The position numbers and the translations under genes were made by a program. A stretch of 64,000 bases of DNA from NCBI GenBank assembly GCA_048213135.1, contig PS015081.1:106785-170784 (forward strand). Reading direction: 5' to 3'. Numbering within the stretch: the stretch's first letter is position 1; every line of letters begins with the position of its first letter. The notes beneath the pieces are model-generated. The model was not told the origin of the DNA. It saw nothing but the letters and a program-made list of their open reading frames with translations, and searched no databases. Shown here piece after piece: positions 50,479 to 63,952 of this stretch. Source of the stretch: Reclinomonas americana ATCC 50394 (lineage: Eukaryota).

Positions 50479-52774
50479 ATGGCCGACAACAATGGCTACC
50501 TATACGCCATTCTCGTGCTCCAAATCGTGCTCTTCTCCACATACATTCTCGGCACGGTCTTTGTGCTTCTCCACGGCTTCTGGCTCGCCGCCAAGCACCC
50601 TTCCACTGCCTCCTCCTCTGTCACGACCACCACCACCANNNNNNNNNNNNNNNNNNNNNNNNNNNNNNNNNNNNNNNNNNNNNNNNNNNNNNNNNNNNNN
50701 NNNNNNNNNNNNNNNNNNNNNNNNNNNNNNNNNNNNNNNNNNNNNNNNNNNNNNNNNNNNNNNNNNNNNNNNNNNNNNNNNNNNNNNNNNNNNNNNNNNN
50801 NNNNNNNNNNNNNNNNNNNNNNNNNNNNNNNNNNNNNNNNNNNNNNNNNNNNNNNNNNNNNNNNNNNNNNNNNNNNNNNNNNNNNNNNNNNNNNNNNNNN
50901 NNNNNNNNNNNNNNNNNNNNNNNNNNNNNNNNNNNNNNNNNNNNNNNNNNNNNNNNNNNNNNNNNNNNNNNNNCGGGAGAGTGTGTCATGGCGCGCGACA
51001 TGACTCTTGTTTTGTGACAACACACAGGTCGCGCGTGTATCTTCCTGGCGGAGTTTCTGGTGGACATGCCTGTGCCTCTGTCACTTGTGGTGCGACGATT
51101 TGCTGTCTTGCGTGTGATCGGTCTTTCGCTGACGCGCGTTTCCGCAGATTTCGAGTGAGAGCGTGACTCTTCTCTTTTACAGTTTCGCGGCTTGCTCCCT
51201 CCGCGCGCACTGGCAGTGTCATTGTGCTCATGTTGTTGTGCGTCTTGTGCAGTGGCGTACTTGCTGATTGTGTTCTACTGGGTCCGTTGTTGTCGCTGCG
51301 AGCTTGACGCGGCGCGGATGTTTGTTGCTGACTGCGGGGAATGCAGGGACAACTGGCGCGATTGCTGGAGGTGGAGGCCACGCGAGCGGCGTTGCCGGTG
51401 CGGCCGATCCAGCGTCCGTTCCATGGCGTGACGCAGGCGCATGGGCGGACCAGTAGCTTTGGTCAGTTGCAGTGTGTTTTTCTTTCTGCAAAGTGCGTTT
51501 TCGTGCCAACTCCTCCCGCGCAGATTCGCAGAGCAGCATGTTTACGGATCCCGATGGGCATGTGAGTGCGGCGCCGTCGGCGGAGCATACGCCGCGAGAT
51601 CAGGAGCGGTATATCGTGGCGGCGCCGCCGCTGCGCATTCAGAAGACGTCGCCGACGCGTGATTTCTTTGCCGGCTACTCGCCGCCGCAAGATGACGATG
51701 CCATTCGGTTGCTGGTGGATCCGGAGGAGGGGTGAGTGTCTGTTAGAGGAAAAGCAGTCGTTTGGTGACGAGGTGCTTAATCACTCGTGCGCAGATCGGG
51801 CAAGGGCTCACCCGGCACCGACTCGTCGCCATGTTACGTCTCCGCACACACTCACACTCTCTACACGCACTTGTGCCTCACTCCTCCCCCCCCCCCTCCC
51901 TCCTCCTCCTCCATAGTATCAGCAGCGGCAGTCCCGCATGCGAGCACCGCGCTGCTGGCCAAGCGTCGGGAGCCACTGGCGAATCGAGCGCCGACCCCCA
52001 CACGCATCTCGCTGCTCAACTATCCCTTTGTGTTCACATCGGTCACCGTCGTTGTCACGTTTGCCGTCCTGTTGCGTCGTATAGCACCTGACCCTGCACT
52101 TTTTTGTCGTACTCATGCCATTGCACTACAGGCACGTGTTGTGCTTGTTGCTGGGCGACGGTGATGACGCCAGTGCGCAAAACTGGCCGCTCGATCAGCT
52201 GGTGCTGAAAAAGATCTTCTTCCCCGGCCTCTCCATTGCGACGGCGGTAGCGTTTGTGGTGTACGGGCGGCTGCTGCACGTGCGCATGACACGGTTGTTG
52301 GATCGCGACGTCTCCATGCGGCGTCACATGCGCAAACTCTTTGCCGTGTGCCTCACGTGCACGCTGTCGTTCCTGATTCGCGGACTGCTCGACATTTTCG
52401 TGCAGGTGTGGCGTGCAGGGCGGGAAAACGTCTTGACTCGTGCACTCTCTTACATATTGCTCTCTCTTCCTCGATCGCAGGTGTCGACAAACGCCATCTC
52501 GGTGACAGTGGTCATTATCTGCTACGTGGCCTTCTGGGCGCTGCTGGAGCTCGTGCCGAGCGTCTTCATCGTCATGTTCTTGGTCGACACGGGCAAGCGC
52601 GGCGGCACCGCCACCGGCAAGAGTGCCATGCCACCATCGCCCAGCAAGGGCTTCTACTCACCCGGAGCCGTCGAGTTCCGACCTGCAGTCAGCGGCTCAG
52701 TCAACTCCGCCGCGGTGATCCCCGGCCGGTGGCCCACTCCAGCCGTAACACCAGCGCAAACACCACGCGACTGA
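50479..52774 (+). CDS. 7TM membrane protein of the THH1/TOM1/TOM3 (GPR137-like) type, with a long internal loop
   Basis: AYLLIVFYW, AFVVYGRLL, RKLFAVCLTCTLSFLIRG, ALLELVPSVFIVMFL. N gap at 50639-50973; middle exons are uncertain. Confidence 0.65.
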
Positions 52775-53142
52775 CGAGCTCGTCTTGATCGTCGCCGTCG
52801 CCGTCGTCGTCATCGCCGTAGTCGTCGCGGATTCAGAGAGAAACTGAATCACCGACACTCATGCAGTTCAACGATGGAAGCGAAACAACAACAAACCCCT
52901 ATGTTAGCAGTGCCTTATAAATTGATCCGTTCTGTGTTTACCGCTGTTTGTTGGCTTGCACACGGCCAGCTTGCTGTCCGCGAAGAAAAAAGGCAATTAG
53001 AAAAAATTGCCGCGCAATTGCATGGAAAACCACCTGCAAAGTGTTTGCCATTTCCCTTCACCACATTGGCCTACAAAACAACACTCGCGCGCGCACACAT
53101 ACACATACACTCTCTCTCTGTCTCTCTTCATCTCGCGCTGTT

Positions 53143-55139
53143 ATGTTGCGCGCACTGCAAGAGCGAGAGATGCGTGGTGGCAGTGTGCACCACCACGCAG
53201 CACCAGTGTTGCGCACGACTGCCTCTGCGCGTGTGGTGGCACACGGTGCGTGGGACACAGAGCCCGATGCACCAGTGCCCTTTGTGGCCAGGTGAGAGTG
53301 CGCGCGCGTGTGTGTGTGTGTGTGTGTGTGCATGAACAGGAGCAGCATCCTCACATGTGAGACTCTCACATAGGTTCTCACCAGCGGCGGCCTGTCATGA
53401 GCCGGTGTTGGCGGTGTGTGGAGAGAGTGGTGTGATGCGAGTGCTGAGAGCACAAGACGGTGAGCACAGGCTTGTTGCGCGCATCATTTGAAAAGGGGGT
53501 TTCTGATGACTGACTTGTGAGCACAGATTGCATTCAGCAGTTGTCTGCGCTGCCGGTCGGCCACAATGCCATGTATGATTTGCGGTGGTCGGCGTGTGGC
53601 AGTCGCGTGTTTGTGGCGTGTGGTGACCAGTCGGTGTATGCGGTGGATGTGGAGCGGGAGAGCGTGTGTCGTGCAATGCGCGGGCATGCGTCGTCGGTCA
53701 AGTCGGTGGCGTGTCTGGAGCCGAGTCCACACGTGGTGGTCAGTGGCGGCCGCGATTCGGCGATTATGGTGTGGGATGTGCGGGTGCGGCAGCACCATGG
53801 TCGCGTGCTGTGCTTGTCACGGGCGCACACCACGTCGCGCATGACGCGTGTGTCGTCAAAGCACATGCCGTGGAAGTCGGTGGAGGTGCCGCACTCGGTG
53901 ACATCGGTGGTGGCCGTGGATGAGGACATGCGGACGGTGGCCTCCAGTGGCGGCAGTGATTGTTGCATCAAGCTGTGGGACTTGCGGAGAGCAGGCAACA
54001 GCAGCAGTGGCGACGAGGAGACGCTGCCGTTGCTGTCGTCGTTTTGCTTTGTCGAGCAACACAGCGGGAAGCGGTTACGACACGGTGTCACATCGCTGTC
54101 GGTGACGCCAGATCGCACGCAACTGTTTGCCTCTTGCATGAACAGTCGGCTGTACCGCTTCTCGTGGACCGACAACGGCCCCGACTCGGCCGTCTCGGTG
54201 TACGCCGGTCACCACCAGACCGACAGCTTTTTCGTCCGCACCGGCGTCTCCTGCGACGGCGCACTGGTCGGCATCGGCAGCAGCGACGGCAGTGTGCACC
54301 TCTACGACGCCCGAGCGACGCGCCATCTCGGCCGGTGGCCGTCGGATAACATGGAGGTGTCGTTTGTCGATTTCCATCCGCACCAGCCCGAGACGGTGTG
54401 TGCGGCAGAAGCAGTGTAGTCTTGTCCTCCCTTCTCACTCACTTCCTCCACACAGTTTGTCACCTGCTCCGACACGGGTGTGGTTCGTGTGTGGAACGTG
54501 GAGCTCGGCGTGCGCTTCCGTCGGCGGGACGAGGAGGATGCGGTCGGCAGTGCGGATGCACGAGATCTGGCGACGAAACTCGAATGCAGCGGTCCCATGT
54601 GGACGCCCGTCGTGGCACCACCGCGGAGGCCAGCGATCACAACCACCACCTCCTCCTCCTCCTCATCATCATCCTCTGGTGCCGTCGCCGCCGCTGCAGC
54701 AGCAGCAGCCGCAACACTGGCATCGTCGTCGTCGGTGGCTTCTTCCCCGAAAGCCGACGGTGTGTCGACTCCTGTGTCGCGCAAGAGGTCGATCGAGGAG
54801 TTCTTCGCGTCGCCAGCGACGCGTGTTGCCACTCAACCGTCGCCCGGCACACCGCCGCAACACGCCTTGGAGGACGAAGAGATGCCGTGTGCCATACCGT
54901 CGTCGGTGTCACCGAAGCCGCCGAGGAGGCACAGCAGCTCACCACCGCAGAAGCGAAGGCGGAAGAACCTGTTGGACTTTTTCGACTCGCGCGACTCACC
55001 ACCACAATCGCAGCAACAGCAGTCGCCACCACCACCGTCGCCGTTGATGTTGGCTCGCCACTTGGACGAATATTGCGAGCAGCAGCCACAGCAACAGGGC
55101 ACTTCGCAGAGATGGCGGCGACCACCATCATCACGCTAA
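53143..55139 (+). CDS. DTL: Denticleless/Cdt2 WD40 substrate receptor of CRL4
   Basis: HNAMYDLRW, CGDQS, GHASSVKSV, SGGRDSAIMVWD, IKLWDLR, GVTSL, SFFVR, CSDTGVVRVW. Disordered tail with PIP-box-like motifs. Confidence 0.88.
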
Positions 55140-55201
55140 TGAATACATAATGGAGCAACATACAATGTCTTATGGTCAAAAAAAAGGGGAGTCGGGGGTC
55201 G

Positions 55202-56048
55202 TCACAGCTTCGCCAGCATCGTCATGATTGGGGGTGTGCCGGCAGTGGCCTTGGTCATATGTGCCTGCGCAAACGGCTCACCTGCAACACGATGAGACGA
55301 GACAGACAGCAGCAAAGAATGAGAAGACAACCAACCCGGCTTCTCCGGATCCTCGAATGTTACACTGCGCGACACAGGAGTCAGCCACGAGGAAGCAACG
55401 AGAGAGAGCGGGAGTTCGCAATGATCCAACCTGGTGAACGCCAGCGTCTTGCCACACTTGGGAACTCGTGCACGAATGCGGATCTGCATGGGGAAGGGAC
55501 ACGTGAGCACGATGCCTGCGCGCCTCACACCAAGACAGATCACCGACCTTGCAGCCTTTCTGCACGCGCGCACGAATAGAGACGGAGTCAGCAGTCGACC
55601 AGTGCATCAGCATGCAGCTCGACGAGAACTCACCGGTGCTCCTCGATAGAAGCTCACCGTCAGATCGGTGGTCACACCCGGTCGATGATCAGCATCCACA
55701 AACACACTGCAAAACACAGTGAACAACCCATAACATAACATCAAACACGCAGACGAAACATGGCAGCCGATCCGCAAATGTCGGCCAGTGTCGCAGTGGC
55801 GCCTCCGTGCAAGTTCCCATATGCATTCCGCACACCCTCATGCACCTCAAAGAGAAACACCAGCTCTGAACGCTCCACAGAGGCCTCCTCCAATTGCAGA
55901 CCCCGCGCACAGTCCACAGACCGATCAAAGCCAAGAGGCTCTGCGACGCGCGTGAGTGACACAAAGAGACAAGCAGAGAGATAGAGTGAACGCAACTGGT
56001 CCGCAGCCAGTTCACATAGTGCTCGGCAACCACTTCGCGTGTCAGCAT
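55202..56048 (-). CDS. PaaI/ACOT13-type hotdog-fold thioesterase with a PTS1-like C-terminus
   Basis: NAYGNLHGGATATLAD, GVTTDLTVSFYRGAP, ARVPKCGKTLAF. Ends ..MTMLAKL*. Confidence 0.85.
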
Positions 56049-56133
56049 TGTTTGCAAGAGGACGACGGCGGGAGTGACAGTGACAGAGACTCGCGCGCAC
56101 TCTTCTTGTGTCGGGCCACTCTGTGAGCCACTC

Positions 56134-59100
56134 ATGTCAAACCTCGACTTGCTGGGCTTCAGCAACGAGCCTGCAGTGGAGAAGCTGCTGAAGAAGAATG
56201 GCATGCGCACAAGAGACACTCTTTTCACTTTCACTCTCACTCTCACTCACTCTCTTGCACGCGCACACAGGCGACTTTTATGTCATGTTCTCTGGCAATG
56301 TGCGCAAGATGTCGGGCTCGTCGTGGAGTGAACGCATGCTGTTGGTGTCGGAGACCACTGTGTTCTTCCTCAACAAGGGTTTCAAGTACAAGAGGAAGTT
56401 GCGATGCCCTCCTCTCTCTCACACACACTCTGCCTCTCTCTCAGTGTGTCACACGTCGCGCATGTTTGTGTGCACGCAGATTCAAGATTGAGAACATTTC
56501 TCGCATTCTGCGATCGCGACGCGGCGAAGAGTTTGCTCTGGTCGTCAAGGACAAGGTGTTTCGCCTGGCCAGTCCCTACAAGGAGAGCATTGTCAACATT
56601 ATCTTCGATGTCAACTTGGATAACACCGGTGCAGCCATTCCCACCGATGCCTATGTTCGTCTCTCTCGCTCGCAGTTGTCTTTTACTGTGCTTGAGTGTC
56701 GCTCATTGTCGCACAGGATGGAAACGTGTACACGGCACTGGATAGGCCGCCCGGCGACGAGGACGATGATGGTGAGAGCAGCTATGCGCAGCCGTCGTCG
56801 ACTGCGGCGGCGGGTGCTTCTGGAGGGCGAGCGAATGGCGGCACCTCGCGGCTGTCTGCGGATATGGATCACCACGACGATGGTGACGGGGATGGCGGTC
56901 GAATGGGTGGGGATGATGATGACGACGAGGATCAGGAGGAGCGCGATCAAAAGGAGAGACAGCAGGTGCGGTGGAGCTGATCGCTATATTTTGTGATTGT
57001 GTCGCTTACCGCTGCCTGCTTGTAGGCTGCCGCCACCGAGTACGAGCGACTGATGCAGACGGGTGACGAGTACCTCTTGTCGAGTCTGGTGGAGAGGTGT
57101 GTTGTTGCTGCTTGCCAGCCTTCCTTTTTGTCACTCCTGTCGCTCACCGGCATGCAGCGATCAACCGTACGGCACGCTGCGCACCATCATCACCAAGCAC
57201 AAGGCGCAGTCGTTTCTGGCGAAACTGAAAGCCTTCACGGAGCAGCAGGCGGTGCGAATCGAGAGTCTGTGCAAGGACCACTACGAAGAGTTTTTGCGCT
57301 CGGTGGCGCAGCTCAAGACGGCGCGCGCCGATGCCGATGTGCTGCGGAATCGCATGATGGATCTGCGTGCCAATGTGCATGTGAAGGCCACCGAGGCGCT
57401 TGACTTGGTGCGTGCGTGTCCTTCCCGCCACAGCATGCCATCTTCAACATTCACTGACCCGTGAATGCACTGCAGGCCAAGACCGTGGTCGCTTTCAAGA
57501 AAGTGCGCGACAACATGCGCGAGGTGTTTACTCTGATCTTGCGCTTGAAGGAGATCGCCGACATGGCGTCCAAGTGCACGACGCTGTTGCAAGAGGTGCG
57601 TCGGCATGATATCCATCCCCCTTTCATGTCTCTCTCTGTTCTCACAGTCTTGAGGGCAGGCCGAGGAAGCCGAGACGCGGGAAGTTGAGGTGCACCGGCA
57701 GGAGATGGCCAGTGGACCGCGCACTCGACAGGCACTTCTCGGCGCGCGATCGAGGGAACGGGGTGCCAGTGCGGGCGGCACCGGTCGAGCTTCGCGGTTT
57801 GACGACGCCACGGACACGGCGACGTCTGCCGATTCACGACCTCGTCGTGGCGGGTGAGTGTGTGTGAGTATGTGTGCAACTCGACTCCTCTTCACATCCT
57901 CACCTCTCGCGATGCAGTGAGAGGCATGCCAAGCGGCAAGCAGCGCGTGCAGCGGCGACCGCTGTGGCAACTGCCTCACCGGCCACCACGACCGCACGGA
58001 CTCCGCCTGGCGAGTCCAGTTTCAGACCGCACTTTTTCAAGGCGCTGATGGTAGGTCACGTGAGGGTGTCCATTCACCGTCGCCACTTGTTCACTCTCTT
58101 GTGCAGTTGGTGCAACGAATGGAGGAGCAGTTGTCACCATTGCGGCGGCTAGAATACGCCAAGTTCTTGTGTTGCGTACCAGCCGTGCAATCTGCATGGT
58201 GTTGCGATCATTTTTGCTCACTTGCCAAGGCCCCAGTGAATCGCTTCCCGGCTATTCGCACACGCATCAAGCACGTGGTCACCATGAAGTTCAATCGATG
58301 GCTGGAAAAGTGCGTTGTTCTCTGCGCGTTGTGGCTATCGATCGCCATTCCTCACTCATGCGCACTGCATGAACGCAGAACGCGGTCACTAGCTGGAGAG
58401 ATTGGCTCACTGGCCATTCTGCGAGTGGACCAGAAACTGCGTGCCGAGGATGAGCGACGCCGTCGTGATTTCTCGTTTGAGGTGAGAGGGCCTGCACTGA
58501 TGCGCATTCTTCGCCGCCGTCAAACTCACCTGCTGTTCTTTTCGTGTGCTGCAGGAGACCGAGGACAGCGTGGGTGCCACGTCAGGCGCTGCCGCCGCGG
58601 CCGGCGGATCTGGAGCCAGTTTCCGACCACGACCGGGAGCGGCAGTGTCGCAATGGGACGCCGACAGAGGTGACGTGCTGTTCTTGTCGCTTCACACACG
58701 CTCGCCTGTGTGCTGAACTTGCTTTGTTCAACAGAAAATGTCGTCTCCTCGCTGGGAGTCGATTTCTCGCCGCTGTACTTGTGCGCGCAGATTTACGTGC
58801 AGCTCGATGCTGTCACCGAATTCAAGGCGTACTATACCGGCAACCGGCGGGTATGTTGTTGGTGATTTCCGTGACGCACTCGTCGATGCTGCCTCACACG
58901 TCCGCCGCCGCTGCCGCAGGTACAACTCACGCACGACATGAAGAAAGCCGAGGCCTCGCCGAATGTCCTCGGAGGCGGCAGCAACATTGTGCCCGTCGCC
59001 GAAGGTGTCATGCTTGTCCACATGTCTCTACGGTGTTTCTTGTGCTCATCGATTCTGTGTGGCACAGACGGCAATGCACTCAAGGGCGACGAGCTGATCC

Positions 59101-60899
59101 TTGCCGTGTCGGAGGACTACCTGCAGCGAGTGGCCGGTCACTTTGTCGTGGAGTCAGAGGCGCTGCGCACGACCGGCGGCCTCATCTCCGCCGTGGAGGT
59201 GGCCGGCATGTGGGAGGAAGCGTCGCGGCTGCTACGCGGCTTCATGGACACGCAATTTGGCAACATTAGGGATCCGGGCAATTTCATCGACCTGAAGGAC
59301 ATTTTCATGTCGTTCACCTTTACGATGCAGCAGTACGACCTCAACGTGGCCATTCTGCTCGAGTACATTGAGTCAGCACGCGACCAGTTCGACAAGGTGC
59401 TGCTGCAGAAGGCGCTGGAGAAAGTGGACGAGGTAGGAGAGATGCTTTTCGCGACGTGCATCTCTCTCTTTTTGCTAACGACTTGCACCATGCATTGATA
59501 CAAGGCCTTGTCACCAAAGAAATTCGAAGCACTCAGCGTCTCCAGCGCGACCGAGTTCCGTGAGATCATTCAAGACCGCAAGCTGCAACAGATCCTGCCC
59601 GACTCGTTCAACTCGGCGCCGAAACGGTGGGTTTCACACACGCTCTTCACTCTTCGTCTCTCTCCCCTCTGAATCGTCGTCTTGCAGATATCCGGTGCGG
59701 CTACCGTTCTCCAATGCAGTGCCGGCGCTCTGTCAAGTCGTGCAGCAGTTCATCGACTCGTACATTCGCTTCACGCTGCATCTACCGGAGATGAACGATG
59801 CTGTGAAGAAGGGAGTGGTAGATCTTGTGCGCTGCATGGTCAGCGTGATCCAGCGCCAGATGACCGAGATGCCGGTGGACTCGATCGAGCAGTCGGCGCA
59901 ACTCTGTGTCGACGTCGAATACGTGCGCTTCGCCTGCGACGTGTTTGAGCAGGAGACCTTTGCGCGACAAGCCGAGTCGCAGTTCCGACAAATGTGAGTC
60001 ATTCGTTGCACTTCTTGTGAGAGGCGACCAGCTGAATGGTGCGTGTGTGCTCGCAGCACGCCGGCTGCCGAGCGTGTGCGCTTCCTCGAACTGTGCCGGG
60101 AGCAGCTGATTGGCGCCCGCAACCGCGGTCAGGAGCTGATTCTGCGCTCGGTCGTGCACCGAGTCGACCAAATCATGTCGGCCACAGCCGACATTGTGTG
60201 GTGCGTATGTGTAAGGAGGGGCCTTGCCGTCTGCATCGTCTCACTGTGTGTGTGCCATAGGCTACCAACGCGTCTGGCCGACGAACCTGGCCACTGGGTG
60301 CAGGAGCTGCTACGCTTTCTGCAGCTGACGTTTGTCTCGATGACTGATGTGCCGGCGGTGGTGTTGGAGCACCTGCAACTCAAGACCCTGCAGCATGTTG
60401 CCAACAAGCTCATGGTGTGTTTACTTCGGAGAGCGCAGGTCATTCTTTGACTCTCACCCTAGCGCGCACACAGGATGTGGTCACCGCGCCGCGCTCGGTC
60501 AACTTGCAAGGCCTGGTCAATTTCACGCAGGATCTCGGTCTGGTCGAATTCTTTGCCATTGGTCTCCCCACCAACTGCCAGGACCTTTTCTCCGAGTTGC
60601 GCCTGGTGATGGACATTCTGACAGCCGACGGTGGCCTGGCGGGAATCGAAGAGAAGGCGGTGTCTACTGGAAGCGAGTTTGCTCACAATGAGCGACTGGA
60701 GCATCTTTTTACCACCGTGGTCGACAAGTTGCGTGCCTGCATGTGATTTTTGCAAGTCATGGCCGAGCTCATCGTTGTCGGTGCTGGATGCAGGGTGAAG
60801 AATTTCAGCAAGCGCGATGCCACGAAAATCAAGCAGGCAGCTGCCGCGGCGGCACAACGGGCGCGCGCCAGTGGTATGGGCGGAGGCGGTGCACCATGA
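56134..60899 (+). CDS. SEC15: Exocyst subunit Sec15/EXOC6 with an extra N-terminal PH/myosin-TH1-like domain
   Basis: IESLCKDHYEEFLRSVAQL, FPAIRTRIK..FNRWLE, VDFSPLYLCAQIY..FKAYYTGNRR, VAGHFVVE, PFSNAVP. The N-terminal exons join in frame through an acidic linker. Confidence 0.88.
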
Positions 60900-60982
60900 A
60901 TTGAAACAGTACGCTTACATTTTTTTCAAGTCTTGCACGATATCATTATTATTACACGTACAAGGTTGGCTTCCTCCCGGCG

Positions 60983-62580
60983 CTATCGCACCGCACTGCG
61001 TATCAATGCTGGTGGACGCAAGCCGGCCAGGCGCTGATTGATTCCCTCTTCGTGGACAGCGGCAAAGCGCACACGTCCTCGGCTTGCAGGCACCTCTGCA
61101 GAGGCAAGGAGTGTGAGGAGCAGCAAGTACAAGAAGAGAGGGGGAAGAGGAAAGGTGACACACCTGGCGGTGATCGCTCAACCGCGGATGGCGACAAGTT
61201 CAACGAACGGAAGGCCTCCATGTCGCCGATGAAAATGTGGTGCGGTGCCGAAGGTACAGAGCCCTCCATTCTGCGCTGCAGGGTGAGCTATGCAGATAGA
61301 GGGACAAGCGGAAGAAGAATCGGTGCGCAACAAGGGTGAGATGGCGCCCTGCTGTCGCCTTCTGAGCATGACAATCGCCGTGTCGGCCTGCTTGACCGCG
61401 TGCTGTGAGGGTGGGCATGTGAGATCTAGACGTAGTGGGCGGGGCACAAGCAACCAGGTGCGCCACCTACCACATGTGTTTGCACTGCTGGTGCGCGACC
61501 AGCACCGCCAATCAGCAGCAGCGACGACAGCTGCTGTTGTTGTTGTTGCTGTTGCTGTAATGAGGCCGGTGAGCTCATGGCCAGCCTGCGCACCAGCGGC
61601 ACTGGTGAGGCAGAGGAGCGTCGCTGGCGCTGTGCTGCGGGCGGTGCGAGCGTCGCTGGTGTGGCAGTGGTGGCAGCAGCGGCGGCGGGGATCACTGGTG
61701 AGCTCGCCGACACCACCGGCGACGGCGGCGACGACACGCGCGGACTCGGACTCCCCATGGCGTCCACACTCGCACTGGTTGCAGCACCGTCGGTGGCCAC
61801 CGGCGACGAGGGCGACACAAGAATCGGTCGCGACCGGCTCGGCGGAGTCGGCGACAACGAGTACGAGCGCGAACCACCAGCGCGGAGGATTGGCGTTGCC
61901 AGCACCGGCTGTCGCTCCAATGCCGACAGCCGCTGCCGCTGCTCATCATACACGATATGAACAGCACCAATCGACGGGGTCTTTCTGTGTCGCGGCCGCT
62001 GCGATGACGACGGCGGCGGCTGCTGCGGCTGCTGCTGTTCCTCGTCGACCTCCCACGCCTGCGGCCATGAATCCGGACGCTCGTCCGCATTCGATTTCCC
62101 TCCTCCGGATCCTCGCGACCTCATCCATATACGTGCCGCATTGCTGGCCGCAGCAGCCGACACCTGTGTGTCAGTGAGTGAGTGATAAGAGATTGTGCGA
62201 CGAGGGACCGAACGAACCGCCCGCGGCTTCGAATCAAGGCCGCCACTATCGGCGCCCACACTCGGCAGTCGCTGCACGTGGTGATTCACCGGGGTCAACA
62301 CACTGGCCGACGATAGTCTCCGCCTGTTGAGAGTACGTGAGTGAGTGAGTGTGAGAGCAACACGCAATGTATATGCGACGTAACGATGAGGGCTGGACGC
62401 GCGGAGCAGGCCCCACTCCCGACGCCGATGGCAGTGACGATAATGATGCTGGTGAGGGTGGTTCAATGGGTGGCACAGTGACCACACGACGCGAAAGCTG
62501 TGCCAGTGAGAGTGAGTGTGAGTGTGAGAACTCATTTCCCGCACCCTGACATACTCGACGAGTCGCACAAACCGAGGCAT
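60983..62580 (-). CDS. Uncharacterised Ser/Pro/Arg-rich disordered protein
   Basis: Long open frame 61426-62805 with GT-AG introns. Contains HRKTPS and a C-terminal RVRF motif. Both ends are approximate. Confidence 0.45.
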
Positions 62581-62725
62581 TGTTGAGCAGCACGCGCTGT
62601 GCGCCGGCACTGGCCGAGTTGCTGCGCTGCATGTGTGTCGTGGTGGCCTCCACGCGCGCTGAGTTGATCGTTTTCTTTTGTGTTTGGTGTCACGTGGGTG
62701 CATCATTGAGTCGGTGCAGGGCCAT

Positions 62726-63952
62726 TCATTCGCCACTCGTTTTTCGCGCAAAAGACAGCGTCTGTTGCAAACCGCTGTCGAGATCCCATTTCGGTTGCCA
62801 GCCACATGAGAGGAGACGATGCACGCAGGCCATGGAGTGTTTTACGTCACCCGGACGCGCGTCCGCGTGTACAATGGTGCTGGACGAGGGGTTCGTGATT
62901 GGTTGGTAATCAAATCGCACGCCGGTTTGTGTGTGTCACACGCGATTCAGCTCACCTTGCGGACGACAGTGCGCCAATGATGCGCGCCGCCAGCTGGTTG
63001 ATGGTGATGGACTGGCCGTAGCCGACATTGTAGACGCCGGGCGGCACGCAGTCGCCGTGCAGCGCCACATAAACATTGGCCTGCTTGCGCGCGCGTGAGC
63101 GAGACATGCTGCGCGTGGCACCACGACCATCGAGGACGCAACGCTGGCCACATCGCGCACATACACAAAGTCACGCGTCTGTTCGCCGTCGCCAAACACG
63201 GAGATGGGCTCGTTCGCCAGCGCACGCTGCACAAAGAGCGGAATCGCCGCCGCATACGCCGAGTGCGGGTTCTGTCGCTCGCCAAACACATTAAAGTAGC
63301 GCAGACACACGGCCGTCATCGTCGATCCGCTGGCGTCGGCCGCCGAGAACAGCTTCAGTGCGTAGAACTCGCCATCGAATTTGGAGAGTGCGTACGGACT
63401 GGCACCGCGAAAGGCCGCGTCCTCGGTCCACCCATCGACGCCCATGAACGAGTCGTCGCCACCATAAATGGCCGCCGTCGACGACAGCACCACTCGCTGC
63501 ACGGTGCCACATCGTCGACACGCCTCCAGCAGCGTCAACGTGCCCAACGAGTTCTGCTTCACATACTCTGCACGCGAAACAAAAAAGGCTCGGCGAGCGA
63601 AGGCAGGTGACTGTTGGCGATGCAGGCAAGGCACGAAACTGGCCGGATCGCTCATGCTCTCAGGCACCGAGATGGCCGCTGCAAGTCACACGGTCACTCC
63701 CAATACATCGCTTTTGCAAGACGGTCGCTCACTGACTGACCTGCAGTGTGAAACACAAAATGCACGCCATCGCGCAACGCCGCCTCCACATCCCCCGCCA
63801 CTGTCACATCACCCTTGATGAACTCCACTCGCTCCTTTGACAGAGTGAGTGAGACACACTCTGTCGCGATGCGATCGGGAGAATACACACCATCACATGC
63901 GCGAGGTTATCCAAGCTACCCGTCGACAAGTCATCCAACACACGTACTCTAT
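62726..63952 (-). CDS. NAD-dependent epimerase/dehydratase (UDP-glucose/GlcNAc 4-epimerase, WbpP/GalE-like extended SDR); 5' end lies beyond the window
   Basis: VLDDLSTG, FHTA|AISVPESMSDP, SSTAAIYG, SPYALSK (YxxxK), LRYFNVFGERQNP, FGDGEQTRDFVYV, RPGDVKHS. Confidence 0.92.
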
